DNA of 64,000 nucleotides from an uncultured Clostridia bacterium (GCA_963931155.1 OZ006978.1:1300692-1364691); one strand, 5' to 3'; shown: positions 19,567-29,961, counted from the first letter of the stretch. Numbers and translations are program-made. Notes: generated by a model not told the origin, from the letters alone.

Positions 19567-21156
19567 ATGTTAGCAATAGAAAAATTTAGAGATGACAAGG
19601 AAAAAAACATTCTTGCTTGTAAATATAAAAATGAAATTAAATCATTAAATGAAGAAGTAGATAATTTAGATGATGTAGTTCCAATAGATCTTACTACAAA
19701 AGATGGAAGAAGAGTTTATCAAAGAGGAATTCTATATATAATGGGGATGGCTTTTAATAGAGTATATCCAAAAGCTTATCTTACAGTAAATTGTCAGCTT
19801 TCAAATTCAATATTTTGTAATGTAGATAATATGAAAGTTACAAACGAAATGATTGAAAACATAAAAAATGAGATGACAGAAATAGTAAAAAGTAATTTGA
19901 AAATAAAAAAAATAGAAATGACAAAAGAAGAAGCAGAAAAATTTTATGAAAGAGAAAAAACATTAAGAGGAATATTACAACTAGATAATAAATATAAAGA
20001 TGAAGTTTCATTATATTTCTGCGAGAATTATTACAACTATTTTTATGGAGTTATGCCAATATCTACAGGATACATAAAGATATTTGATATAGTAAAATAT
20101 CATGATGGATTTTTATTAAGATATCCAGATAAAAAAGCACCATATAAATTAGATAAATATAAAGAAACAAAAAAACTACTACAAACATTAGAGGATTATG
20201 ATGATATATATAAAGTATTAAATGTAAATACAATATATAAACTAAATAAAAAGATAGAAGAAGGAAAATCAAAAGAACTAATTTTACTTGCAGAAGCATT
20301 ACATGAGAAAAAAATATCTGATATAGCAGATAAAATTGTAAAAAGAAAAAATATAAAAATAATATTAATAGCAGGACCTTCATCATCAGGAAAAACTACA
20401 TTTGCACAAAGATTAGGAATACAATTAAAGCTAAATGGAATTAAGCCACTTACAATATCTGTAGACAATTATTTTGTTGAAAGAGAAAATACTCCAAAAG
20501 ATGAAAATGGTCAATATGATTTTGAAAGATTGGATTCAATAGATTTGAAATTATTTAATGATCACTTAACAAAATTGCTAAATGGAGAAGAAGTTGATTT
20601 ACCTACATTTAACTTTAAAACAGGACATAAAGAATATAAGGGTAATAAAATGAGAATGAGAAACAATGAGATATTAGTTATAGAAGGAATCCATTGTTTA
20701 AATGATAAATTAACAGAAGCAATACCAAAAGAGCAAAAATATAAAATATATATTAGTGCATTAACAGTTCTAAACATAGATTACTATAATAGAATTTCCA
20801 CAACAGATACAAGATTAATACGTAGAATAGTTAGAGATAATAACTTTAGAGGATATAAAGCGCTTCATACATTAGAAAATTGGGAAATGGTTAATAAAGG
20901 AGAAGAAAGCTATATATATCCATTTCAAGAAGATGCAGATAGTATGTTTAATACATCATTAATATATGAAATATCAGTACTAAAAAAATATGCTCTACCA
21001 CTACTAAAAGAGATCGATAATACTCATCCCGAATATTCAGAAGCACAAAGTTTATGTGAACTATTAAAATATTTTGATGATATAGACGATGAATATATAC
21101 CTAAAAATTCCCTAATAAGAGAGTTTATAGGAGGAAGTATATTTGATGTACAATAA
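19567..21156 (+). CDS. Nucleoside/uridine kinase with ThrRS-like N-terminal region
   Basis: AGPSSSGKTT P-loop, EGIHCLN, RLIRRIVRD, FNTSLIYE. Confidence 0.88.
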   Translation: MLAIEKFRDDKEKNILACKYKNEIKSLNEEVDNLDDVVPIDLTTKDGRRVYQRGILYIMGMAFNRVYPKAYLTVNCQLSNSIFCNVDNMKVTNEMIENIKNEMTEIVKSNLKIKKIEMTKEEAEKFYEREKTLRGILQLDNKYKDEVSLYFCENYYNYFYGVMPISTGYIKIFDIVKYHDGFLLRYPDKKAPYKLDKYKETKKLLQTLEDYDDIYKVLNVNTIYKLNKKIEEGKSKELILLAEALHEKKISDIADKIVKRKNIKIILIAGPSSSGKTTFAQRLGIQLKLNGIKPLTISVDNYFVERENTPKDENGQYDFERLDSIDLKLFNDHLTKLLNGEEVDLPTFNFKTGHKEYKGNKMRMRNNEILVIEGIHCLNDKLTEAIPKEQKYKIYISALTVLNIDYYNRISTTDTRLIRRIVRDNNFRGYKALHTLENWEMVNKGEESYIYPFQEDADSMFNTSLIYEISVLKKYALPLLKEIDNTHPEYSEAQSLCELLKYFDDIDDEYIPKNSLIREFIGGSIFDVQ

Positions 21157-21226
21157 AAATAAATGCTGATTAATGTAAAGATATACACAACAAGAAAAGC
21201 AATATTAAAATAAATAGGAGCAAAAA

Positions 21227-21538
21227 ATGGAAAAAAGATTTACTGAAATAGATGAAGAGTTTATATGTGATAATTGTGGAAAAAAAGTTCCGAAATTAGG
21301 ATATTCTTGCAGAGACCATTGCCCAAAATGTTTACATTCAAAACATGTAGATATAAATCCAGGGGATAGAATGGAAGAATGTCATGGAGATTTAGAGCCA
21401 GTCTCATTAGAAATAGATAGTAAAAAAGGTTATGTGATAATATATAAATGCAAAAAATGTGGAGCTATTAGAAAAAACAAAGCAGCAAAAGATGATAATA
21501 TGGATTTAATAATAGAGCTTAGTAGTAAGCAAATTTAA
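21227..21538 (+). CDS. RNHCP domain zinc-binding protein
   Basis: FICDNCG, CRDHCPKCLHSKHVD, PGDR, CKKCG. Confidence 0.9.
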   Translation: MEKRFTEIDEEFICDNCGKKVPKLGYSCRDHCPKCLHSKHVDINPGDRMEECHGDLEPVSLEIDSKKGYVIIYKCKKCGAIRKNKAAKDDNMDLIIELSSKQI

Positions 21539-21602
21539 GTAATTTAATTATTTAATTTAATTTAGAATAGTAAGAAGCATTTCTTAAATTGTAGAATTTA
21601 TC

Positions 21603-21807
21603 AAAAAAGCAAGAAGAATTTTTAAAAAAGCTCAATTAACTTGTCCTTCAAGCTATTTGTAGCAAGAGCTTATAATGAAATTTTGTTGGCACTCTCACCT
21701 TAGTAGGTGAGACGCCTTAACAAAATTTCAAAATAATCTCTATGCACAAATACTTTCAAAAACCATGTTTAATTTCACTTTTTGAAAAATTTCTTCTTGC
21801 TTTTTTT
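21603..21807. repeat. About 205-nt long imperfect hairpin between convergent genes
   Basis: aaaaaagcaagaagaa.../...ttcttcttgctttttt outer arms; tgaaattttgtt/aacaaaatttca and ctcacct/aggtgag inner arms. Confidence 0.7.
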
Positions 21808-21891
21808 AATTTTAGTTTTTTAAATGCTATATTTTTAAATGCTATATTATTAAAATTCTACATTCCTTTAAACTCTAGCTTTTTTAACTAA

Positions 21892-24387
21892 TTAAACATC
21901 TCTGTACAAATTGCCTCTTGTATACTGCCTTCCTTCTAAGCTTTCACCAAAAAATGTAGCTTTTGCAATAGAATTTATCTCATCAATTGATTCATCTATA
22001 CAATCTATTCTAAAAGAATTTATATTAGTTTTTATATCTGTAATACAAGTGATTTTACTATTAAAAATTGTTGTTACTGTCTGAATGTTGTCTGGTAAAA
22101 CTCTAAAATTAAAGCCAAGTCTATCTCTTAGATAATATTTATTAGATAGCGTTTTGCATCTCATTTTACATTCAGGATAGCATTTGTTACTATTTCCGAA
22201 GAACGCAATAGTTCATTTTCATAACAGGTGTGTTTCCGTATACTATTAATTCTAAAGGAATATTAGCCTTTTTTGTTTTTTCAATATAATTTATATCATT
22301 TAAATTCAATTCTGGTGAAAGTGTTATTTTTGATAATCCTAAATCTGATAATGAATTTACACTTATTTGGTTAAAAGCATTTAGTGAAAAATTACCTATA
22401 AATTCGTAGTCGTCTTTATAATTATCTAATAATACAAAATCACCAAGACTAGATATAATAAATCCAGATATATGATATTTGTTTATCATAATGTCTAAAC
22501 TATGTTTTATTATATTTTTATAATTGGTTTTAGCTATAGCAGGCATATATATGTAAGTTTTAAAATTTTCGGTAATTTGTCTTATTTGATTAATATAATT
22601 TTTATTGTTTAAATGCCTCAAAGGTATATATACACTTGAAATATATTCTTTTGAAAGCTTAGTATAATCAAATTCAGGATGGATTTCATTTAAATAAATT
22701 GATATATGTCTTGTAGTATTATTTAAATGAGTATTAGACAAATTGTTATTATATTCACAAGTTAATAATTGTTCTATTTTATCATCTGCTGTACTATTTG
22801 TGTCTCTTTTAATTCTAGAAATAATAATATTTTCTATTTGAGATAGAATAACTCTTCTAATTTCATTTATTTCTTTAATTCCTGGAATAAAAATATCGTT
22901 ATCCATTTCTATTTTTATCTTTTCAAATTCAAAAGGGGAATTAGTGGTTTTAGTTAACTGCGAAATTATTCGTTCTTCATTAGTAGGACTTTTTAAAGCT
23001 TTTTCTGGAACTATTTTGCTTTCATAATTTACAGAAATATTATTAAAAATGCTATTTCTCATATGATTACATACATAAGCATTTGCGGAAATATTAGTTC
23101 CTTTTTTTGCTATAATTTTTATGCCTAGAGGAATTTTCTTGCTTTCAGAATTATATGAAAATTTTGCTTTTTCAATTTGCTTTTTACTAGACAATTTATA
23201 TATTTTATCACCTAAATGAATATGTCCTTTCATTCTTCCAATAATAACCTTTTCTCCGTTTCTTAGCATAGGTAAGGTTAGTATTATTAAGCATAAGTTC
23301 AGAAACAGTATATCTAGTATTTTCGTTTTCAAAATTAATAGTATCTCCAATACCTAATTCTTCATTTAAAAGTATTTTTATATGTCCTTTAATCTTATTA
23401 TATCCAGCAACATTGCCTATATATATTCCCATATTATTGGGTTTTTCCTTGCAAATCAAATTATGATTAGCATGATTATCTAGGTGGCCAGATGAAAATC
23501 CACCTCTATTAAAAATTTGTTTTAATTCATGTACATCATCATTGTCAACAATATATGTAGCTCCGCTTAAAACCATATCAATATATTTTCTATATATTCT
23601 AGTAACGGTTGCAACATATTCTGGTGATTTTAATCTGCCTTCTATTTTAAAACACTTTACACCAGCTTTAATAAGTGATGGAATATATTCTAATAAACAT
23701 AAATCTTTTGGGCTTATAAGATAACCCTTATCAATTTTATGCTCTATTATTTTTTTATTATTAGTTTGCTCTTCTATTAATTCATAAGGCAGTCTACAAG
23801 GCTGAGCACATTTACCTCTGTTGCCAGATCTTCCACCAACCATACTAGAAAACAAACATTGACCAGAATACGATATACAAAGAGCACCATGTACAAAAGT
23901 TTCTATTTCAATATTTGAATTTTTAGTTATAAATTCAATTTCTGGAAGAGAAAGTTCTCTAGATAGTACAGCTCTAGAATATCCAAGCTTTTCTAACTGT
24001 TGCACACCTTCTAGATTGTGAATTGTCATTTGAGTACTAGCATGTATAGGAATATTTGGAAAAAGCTTTTTTATAAATTTAGCAAGACCAATATCTTGAA
24101 TAATTAAAGCATCTATGCCTAGTTCTATAGCTTTTTTTGCAAGTAAAACAGCATCTTTAAATTCACTATCTTTTATAAGTATGTTTAAAGCAAGATGAGT
24201 TTTTACATTCCTTAAAGCACAATAATTTATAACTTTCTCAAGTTCTTCAAAATCAAAATTTGTGGCAGTTGCTCTAGCATTAAACAGGTTTCCACCAAAA
24301 TATACACTATTTGCACCATTTTGAACAGCTGCTTTTATACATTCAAAATCTCCGAGCAGGAGATAAAAGTTCAACATCATATTTCAT
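21892..24387 (-). CDS. U32-family protein with DUF3656-type C-terminal region (RlhA-like RNA hydroxylase), about 830 aa, requiring three +1 frameshifts at CGG
   Basis: RBS AGGAG then ATG at 24387; MKYDVELLSPA|GDFECIKAAVQNGA, HASTQM, HGALCISYSGQC, RGKCAQPCRLPY, FKIEGRLK; segments of 11+365+353+101 codons joined by skipping one base at 24354, 23258, 22198. Confidence 0.88.
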
Positions 24388-24518
24388 TTGGAAAACTCCT
24401 ATTCTTAACTCATGATATTATTAAAATAATTATATTATATGGGCTAAAAAAAATCAAATTGTAACCAAAAACAAAAAAACGCATAGTATATATAAATAAA
24501 AAGAAGGGGGTTTTATAT

Positions 24519-24665
24519 ATGCAAGAAGAAGTAAGAAATTGTGGATGTGATAATGGTGGCTTTTTAGGAAACTTCTTTGGAGGTTGTGGTTGCCAAGACA
24601 ATAGTATGTTATTTTTTATACTAATATTCTTAATTTTATTTTGCAATTGTGGTTGTAATAGATAA
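24519..24665 (+). CDS. Small Cys/Gly-rich hydrophobic protein (48 aa), spore-coat/YjcZ-like
   Basis: GAAGGGGG RBS; MQEEVRNCGCDNGGFLGNFFGGCGCQDNSMLFFILIFLILFCNCGCNR; absent from the ORF track. Confidence 0.7.
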   Translation: MQEEVRNCGCDNGGFLGNFFGGCGCQDNSMLFFILIFLILFCNCGCNR

Positions 24666-24833
24666 ATAAAACATATATTGCTTAGAATAAACATAGTATA
24701 TAATAAAACAAAAAGAGATAAAGTAGAAAACTTTATCTCTTTGAAGTTTTATAAATAGGAATAGAAAAGTCGAAAAGTCTTGACAAACACTATACATATT
24801 GATAATATTATGGATGTAGAAATGGAGGAAAAC

Positions 24834-25340
24834 GTGTTATATCCAAAAGAGTATTTTAATAGTGTTAAAGATATAAGTATAGAATTACTGAATAAACATA
24901 ATATAAAGGGATTAATACTTGATGTAGATAATACACTAATAAATTTAGATAGAAAAATGCCTGAAGGTATTTCTGATTGGGCAAAAAATCTAAAAGATTA
25001 TGGAATAAAAATATGTATATTATCAAATAGTAATAAAATAGATAAAGTAGGAGCAGTTGCTAAAATATTAAATGTACCATATATCTTTTTTGGAAAAAAA
25101 CCATTGAAGTCAGGATTTTTAAGGGCAAAAGAAATTCTTAAATTAGATAATGAAAACATTGCTGTAGTCGGAGACCAAATTTTTACAGATATAATAGGTG
25201 CAAATAGATGCAACATGTATTCAATATTAGTAAAACCAATAGAGGAAAAAGATTATTTAATAACAAGAATTAAAAGACCAATAGAAAAACTTATAATTAA
25301 AAACTATGAAAAAGATAAAAGGAGAAAAAGTTTAAAATAA
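24834..25340 (+). CDS. yqeG: YqeG-family HAD IIIA phosphatase
   Basis: LILDVDNTL, SNS, KKP, VGDQIFTDIIGANR; GTG start after GGAGG. Confidence 0.9.
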   Translation: MLYPKEYFNSVKDISIELLNKHNIKGLILDVDNTLINLDRKMPEGISDWAKNLKDYGIKICILSNSNKIDKVGAVAKILNVPYIFFGKKPLKSGFLRAKEILKLDNENIAVVGDQIFTDIIGANRCNMYSILVKPIEEKDYLITRIKRPIEKLIIKNYEKDKRRKSLK

Positions 25341-25374
25341 AACTAAAATGAAACACATAAAACGGAGGAGAAAA

Positions 25375-26115
25375 ATGTATATTAATGAATTACATATATT
25401 AACATATGTTATAGTAGGAGTAATAGGATTAATAGTTGGGCAATTTGTTGATTGGTGTAACCTAAGAATGGCTGAACATAAAAAAATCATATCAAGAGAT
25501 TTTTTTAAGGAATATTTAAAAAATGCTAGACCAAAATATTTATTAATGATTATTAGTTCAATTGCGTATATAGTCTTACTATATTTTAAAGGATTAACTA
25601 TAGATACAATTAAATTTATGTTTTTAATACCAATGCTTCTAAATGCATTTATGATTGATTTTAAATCACAAATTATTCCAAATAGATTAACACTTACAGT
25701 GTTTGAAACAGGATTAATATTTACATTCATAGAAACATTGCAAAATACAAATTTAGGAATTAATATATTTATAGATAATATGCTAGGAATGTTAATAGGA
25801 GGAGGTATTTTCTTATTAATAACATTACTAGGAGGGCTAATGGCAAGAAAAGAAGCCATGGGGTTCGGAGACGTAAAACTTATGGCGGCTTTAGGGTTAT
25901 TCTTTGGTTGGATGAATATAATTCTAATATCAGTAATGTCCTTTTTATTTGCAGCAATTGTAAGTATAGTAATATTAATTAGTAGAAAGAAAAAATCTAG
26001 TGAATATATTCCATTTGGACCATTTATTGTAGTTGCTAGTTTAATACCAATATATATGTCTACATCAGACATTTTAATGGTGCTATTAAAAATATTTTCA
26101 TTAGGTACATATTAA
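25375..26115 (+). CDS. Prepilin peptidase (A24)
   Basis: IDFKSQIIPN, MGFGDVKLMAALG, IPFGPFI. Confidence 0.9.
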   Translation: MYINELHILTYVIVGVIGLIVGQFVDWCNLRMAEHKKIISRDFFKEYLKNARPKYLLMIISSIAYIVLLYFKGLTIDTIKFMFLIPMLLNAFMIDFKSQIIPNRLTLTVFETGLIFTFIETLQNTNLGINIFIDNMLGMLIGGGIFLLITLLGGLMARKEAMGFGDVKLMAALGLFFGWMNIILISVMSFLFAAIVSIVILISRKKKSSEYIPFGPFIVVASLIPIYMSTSDILMVLLKIFSLGTY

Positions 26116-26167
26116 AATAAATATAATAAAAATAGAGTGATGTATGTATTAAATAAGGGGGGATTTT

Positions 26168-27235
26168 ATGAATCCAAAGATTAAATGGCTAAGAGATAAA
26201 ATAAATATGGAAAATATGCAAGGAATGATAATATCAAACCCTGTTAATATACGATACCTCACAGGAATAACAGCAGAAGGATTATTAATTATTACAAGAA
26301 AAGAAAATTTTTTCATAACAGATGCAAGATATTTAGAAGAAGTAAAATCTACATTAACTATTAATGATGAAATAATAGTTAGTGATATTTCTACTATTAC
26401 AAGAGATGATTACGAAAATTTCTTTTTGTTTTGCGAAAATGTAGGATTTGAAGAGAATTATATAACTTATGCTACATATAAAAAATATATAGAAAGATAT
26501 AAAATAAATAATTTTGAAGAAACAGAGAACTTAATAGAAAAACAAAGAATGATTAAAGATGACGAAGAGATAGGATTAATAGAAAAAGCTTGTTTTATAA
26601 CTGATCAATGCTTTACACATATATGTGATTTTATAAAAGTAGGAATGACAGAAAAAGAAATTGAATTTGAAATAGAAAAATTCTATAGAGAAAATGGTGC
26701 AGATGGACTAGCATTTGATACAATAGTAGCATCTGGAAAAAATTCTTCAAAACCACATGCAAGACCAACAGACAAAAAAATAGAAGCAGGAGATGCAATA
26801 ACCATTGATATGGGATGTAAATATAAAGGTTATTGCTCAGATATGACAAGAACAATATTTGCAGGTTATGTTCCTGTACAAATTCAAAAAATATATGATT
26901 TAGTTTTGAAAAATGAAATTCAAACTCTAAAAGAATATAAAGATGGAGTAAGTATTAGATTAGTTAGCAAAATGGTAGAAAATGATTTTAAACTAAATGG
27001 ATATGACTTAGTGCATAGTTTAGGACATGGAGTTGGTTTAGAAATCCATGAAATGCCATTTATTAACGGAAAAAATGATAATATATTAAAAGCAAATATG
27101 GTTGTTACAAATGAGCCGGGAATATATATACCAGGAAGTTTTGGCGTTAGAATAGAAGATACAGTATTAATTACAAAATCTGGATGTATAAGTTTAACTA
27201 AATCTGATAAAAATTATATAGTAGTAGATAAATAA
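26168..27235 (+). CDS. Xaa-Pro aminopeptidase (M24)
   Basis: IDMG, YCSDMTRT, HSLGHGVGLEIHE, NEPGIY, GVRIED. Confidence 0.93.
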   Translation: MNPKIKWLRDKINMENMQGMIISNPVNIRYLTGITAEGLLIITRKENFFITDARYLEEVKSTLTINDEIIVSDISTITRDDYENFFLFCENVGFEENYITYATYKKYIERYKINNFEETENLIEKQRMIKDDEEIGLIEKACFITDQCFTHICDFIKVGMTEKEIEFEIEKFYRENGADGLAFDTIVASGKNSSKPHARPTDKKIEAGDAITIDMGCKYKGYCSDMTRTIFAGYVPVQIQKIYDLVLKNEIQTLKEYKDGVSIRLVSKMVENDFKLNGYDLVHSLGHGVGLEIHEMPFINGKNDNILKANMVVTNEPGIYIPGSFGVRIEDTVLITKSGCISLTKSDKNYIVVDK

Positions 27236-27350
27236 TGGACTAAATATATTTATTTTAGCTAAATACAAGGGCTTTTACTTGATTTACAGAGTAACATATG
27301 GTACAATAATTAAAGTTTAAATTTATGTTAATTTGAAAGGAGAAATAAAT

Positions 27351-27917
27351 ATGGCAGAAGTATATTCAGCAGGAGATTTTAGAAATGGAACAACATTTGA
27401 AATGGACGGAAATGTATTTAAAGTAGTAGAATTTCAACATGTTAAACCAGGGAAAGGGTCAGCATTTGTTAGAACAAAATTAAAAAACGTTATATCAGGA
27501 GCAGTAATAGAAAAAACATTTAATCCATCAGAGAAATTTCCAGCTGCAGAAATAGAAAAAAGAGAAATGCAATACTTATATAATGATGGAGGGTTATATT
27601 ATTTCATGGACAATGAAACATATGAGCAAATGCCTCTAAACGAAGAACAAATTGGTGATGGATTAAAATTCTTAAAAGAGAATATGAATGTGAAAATATT
27701 ATCATACAAAGGAAATGTATTTTCAGTAGAACCTCCAATGTTTGTTGAATTAGAAGTTACATATACAGAACCAGGATTTGCAGGAAACACAACAACTACA
27801 TCAGGAAAACCTGCGACACTTGAAAATGGATACAAACTTACTGTACCTTTATTTATAAATATAGGTGATGTTGTTAGAATAGATACAAGAACTGGCGAAT
27901 ATATGGAAAGAGTTTAA
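27351..27917 (+). CDS. efp: Elongation factor P
   Basis: [29 protein letters not shown]. Confidence 0.97.
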   Translation: MAEVYSAGDFRNGTTFEMDGNVFKVVEFQHVKPGKGSAFVRTKLKNVISGAVIEKTFNPSEKFPAAEIEKREMQYLYNDGGLYYFMDNETYEQMPLNEEQIGDGLKFLKENMNVKILSYKGNVFSVEPPMFVELEVTYTEPGFAGNTTTTSGKPATLENGYKLTVPLFINIGDVVRIDTRTGEYMERV

Positions 27918-27934
27918 GGAGGAATTTGTTATAT

Positions 27935-28471
27935 ATGTCTGATATAAAGGGTAAATATATGAAAATATTAGATGAATTAGAATCTAATATTAAAAATAAA
28001 GAAGATTTAGCTATAGCAAAAGAAAAATTCATGGAATTAACCGTAGTTTTTATGGATATAGTTGATAGATTGACTTTTTTAACAGATGAAAGAATAAAAA
28101 ACATTGAAGAAAAACAAGTAGAAATTAATAATAGATTAAGTAATGTACAGTCAATTGTAGATGGAATAGAAGAAGATATTTATGATGAGGAAGATGAAGA
28201 AGATGGTTATGAATTTGAAATAGTTTGTCCTTATTGTAATTACGAATTTACCACTGATATAGCAGATGAAGAAAGAAATGAAATAAAATGTCCTAAATGT
28301 AATAATATAATAGAATTAGATTGGAATACAGATGAAGAGTATGCTTGTTCAGGAGATTGCTCACATTGTCATGAACAGGTTGCAGAAGATAATGTAGAAT
28401 ATAACAAAAATTCTAAAAACAAGAAGAAAAAAGATGATAGTTCAGAAGCAAACAATGAAGATGATATGTAA
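27935..28471 (+). CDS. CD1247-like zinc-ribbon protein
   Basis: Coiled N-terminus, CPYC and CPKC, CSGDCSHC; usual neighbour of efp in Clostridia. Confidence 0.75.
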   Translation: MSDIKGKYMKILDELESNIKNKEDLAIAKEKFMELTVVFMDIVDRLTFLTDERIKNIEEKQVEINNRLSNVQSIVDGIEEDIYDEEDEEDGYEFEIVCPYCNYEFTTDIADEERNEIKCPKCNNIIELDWNTDEEYACSGDCSHCHEQVAEDNVEYNKNSKNKKKKDDSSEANNEDDM

Positions 28472-28510
28472 TAAAAAAGCTTAAAGATAAAAAATCTTTA
28501 AGCTTTTTTA

Positions 28511-28673
28511 TGTAATAGGAAATTTCTCCGAAATTCCTATTACATAAAAAGGCTATAATCGCTATTGCCTTTGAGATTTCCTCCTTGACGTCGGAAACTC
28601 AAATCGGCAAGAACAAAGGGCGACTGCGTCGCTTTGTTCTGTAATAGGAAATTTCTCCGAAGTTCCTATTACA
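28511..28673 (+). repeat. Composite structured repeat P-Q-P
   Basis: P = tgtaataggaaatttctccgaaattcctattaca palindrome; Q = about 95-nt two-hairpin module; 28511-28639 matches 32639-32767 except one base. Confidence 0.9.
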
Positions 28674-28694
28674 TAAAATGCTAAAAAATTTGAA

Positions 28695-29304
28695 TTAATC
28701 AAACAAAGTTAAAGGATTTATATATTCATCATTAATTCTTACTCCAAAATGAAGATGTGGACCAGTAGTTGCTCCATTAGTTGGATTTCCGTTTTCATCA
28801 TAATATTGATTGCCTTTAACCCCATAGACGTTTTTAGGACCAACATAACCAACAACTTGTCCCTGAAGTACAGAATCACCTTTTTTTACTATATAAACAG
28901 GAGAAACATGACAATATGTAAATTTCATATTATCTTTAGAAAGTGTAATAGTATAACCACCTCCACCTAAGAAACCTGTAAAAGTTATTATACCAGAAGT
29001 AACAGCGATAAGTTTGCTACCTTCAGGTGCACCAATATCTAGTCCAGAATGATATGTAGAAGCACCGAGATGTAGGTGAGGTTCTATAACCAAAATATGA
29101 ATTTATTGTAGTATATCCAGGAGAAGGCCATACATATCCAGAAGAACTAATATCCATTGATATAATAGAATTAGAAGAAGATGGTGAGATATAAGCTAAA
29201 GAAGAGTCAGACATAAAAGGTGTGAAAAACATAGAAATAAAAAGAACTAAACAAATTAAAAAAATCATTAAAAATTTAAAAGGCATAAAAAAACTATTAG
29301 ACAT
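28695..29304 (-). CDS. M23 family peptidase, about 202 aa, requiring one +1 frameshift at CGG
   Basis: GGAGG RBS; TM then YVWPSPGYTTINSYFGYRTSPTS|GASTYHSGLDIG, YCH, TGPHLHFG; shift at 29067. Confidence 0.88.
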
Positions 29305-29349
29305 AAAAACCTCCATTGTAATCTAATAGCCCCCGATTATAATTGCTTT

Positions 29350-29874
29350 TTAATTATCATTTTTATTAGATTTAAAAGCAAAAAATTTACTAATAAAGAA
29401 ATTCAAAATAATTACTATTATTGTTATTAAACATTTACTAACTATTATAGGAAAAGGCGCATAATTAAATAGCAAAGTTCCACCAAAAGATTCAATAAAC
29501 ATTGTAAACAATCTTCCTAAAATAAATTTTGAAAATTCTATAAATTTTTCTCCAAAGCCTTGAGCTTCAGAATGAAAAACTAAATCTTTATTTGTAACAT
29601 AAGCAACTAATACTGCAAGAACTATTGCAATATTATTAGCTGAAGTAGAATTAATTCCAAAAAAAGTAGATAATACGTAAAAAGAACCTATATTGACTAA
29701 AGTGGTTAAGGCGCCAAAAACCACGTACAATATAACTTCTTTACTAAAAAGCTTTTGGCAAAAACTTTTTTTGAATTTTTTTTGTTCAATTAACTGATTG
29801 TTATCTAATTCGTTTTCGTTAGTTTTTTTTATATTATTAATTTTTGTATTTAAGTTTTTATTTAAATCTTCCAT
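29350..29874 (-). CDS. GtrA family membrane protein
   Basis: EVILYVVFGALTTLVNI, YVTNKDLVF, LNFFISKFFAF; start MEDLNK downstream of the tRNA. Confidence 0.88.
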   Translation of the reverse strand: MEDLNKNLNTKINNIKKTNENELDNNQLIEQKKFKKSFCQKLFSKEVILYVVFGALTTLVNIGSFYVLSTFFGINSTSANNIAIVLAVLVAYVTNKDLVFHSEAQGFGEKFIEFSKFILGRLFTMFIESFGGTLLFNYAPFPIIVSKCLITIIVIILNFFISKFFAFKSNKNDN

Positions 29875-29885
29875 AAAAAATCCTT

Positions 29886-29961
29886 TGGCAGGGGTACTAA
29901 GATTCGAACTCAGACTTGTGGTTTTGGAGACCATCGTGCTAACCATTAACACTATACCCCT
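29886..29961 (-). tRNA. tRNA-Trp (CCA)
   Basis: AGGGGTA/TACCCCT acceptor stem, CT-CCA-AA loop, TTCGAAT T-loop, encoded CCA end. Confidence 0.96.

Noticed and set aside
21892-24380. Three separate U32 ORFs or an ordinary pseudogene
   Set aside because: All breaks share the CGG-A context, no other lesions are visible, and the joined product is full length with intact motifs; not fully excluded without reads
24410-24694. 94-aa - strand ORF
   Set aside because: Antisense of the small Cys/Gly-rich gene; no RBS
25348-25374. In-frame CGG in the ORF-track N-terminus of the prepilin peptidase
   Set aside because: It is part of the CGGAGGAG Shine-Dalgarno upstream of the likely start at 25375
29875-29952. 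N-terminal extension of the GtrA ORF
   Set aside because: Overlaps the tRNA-Trp gene
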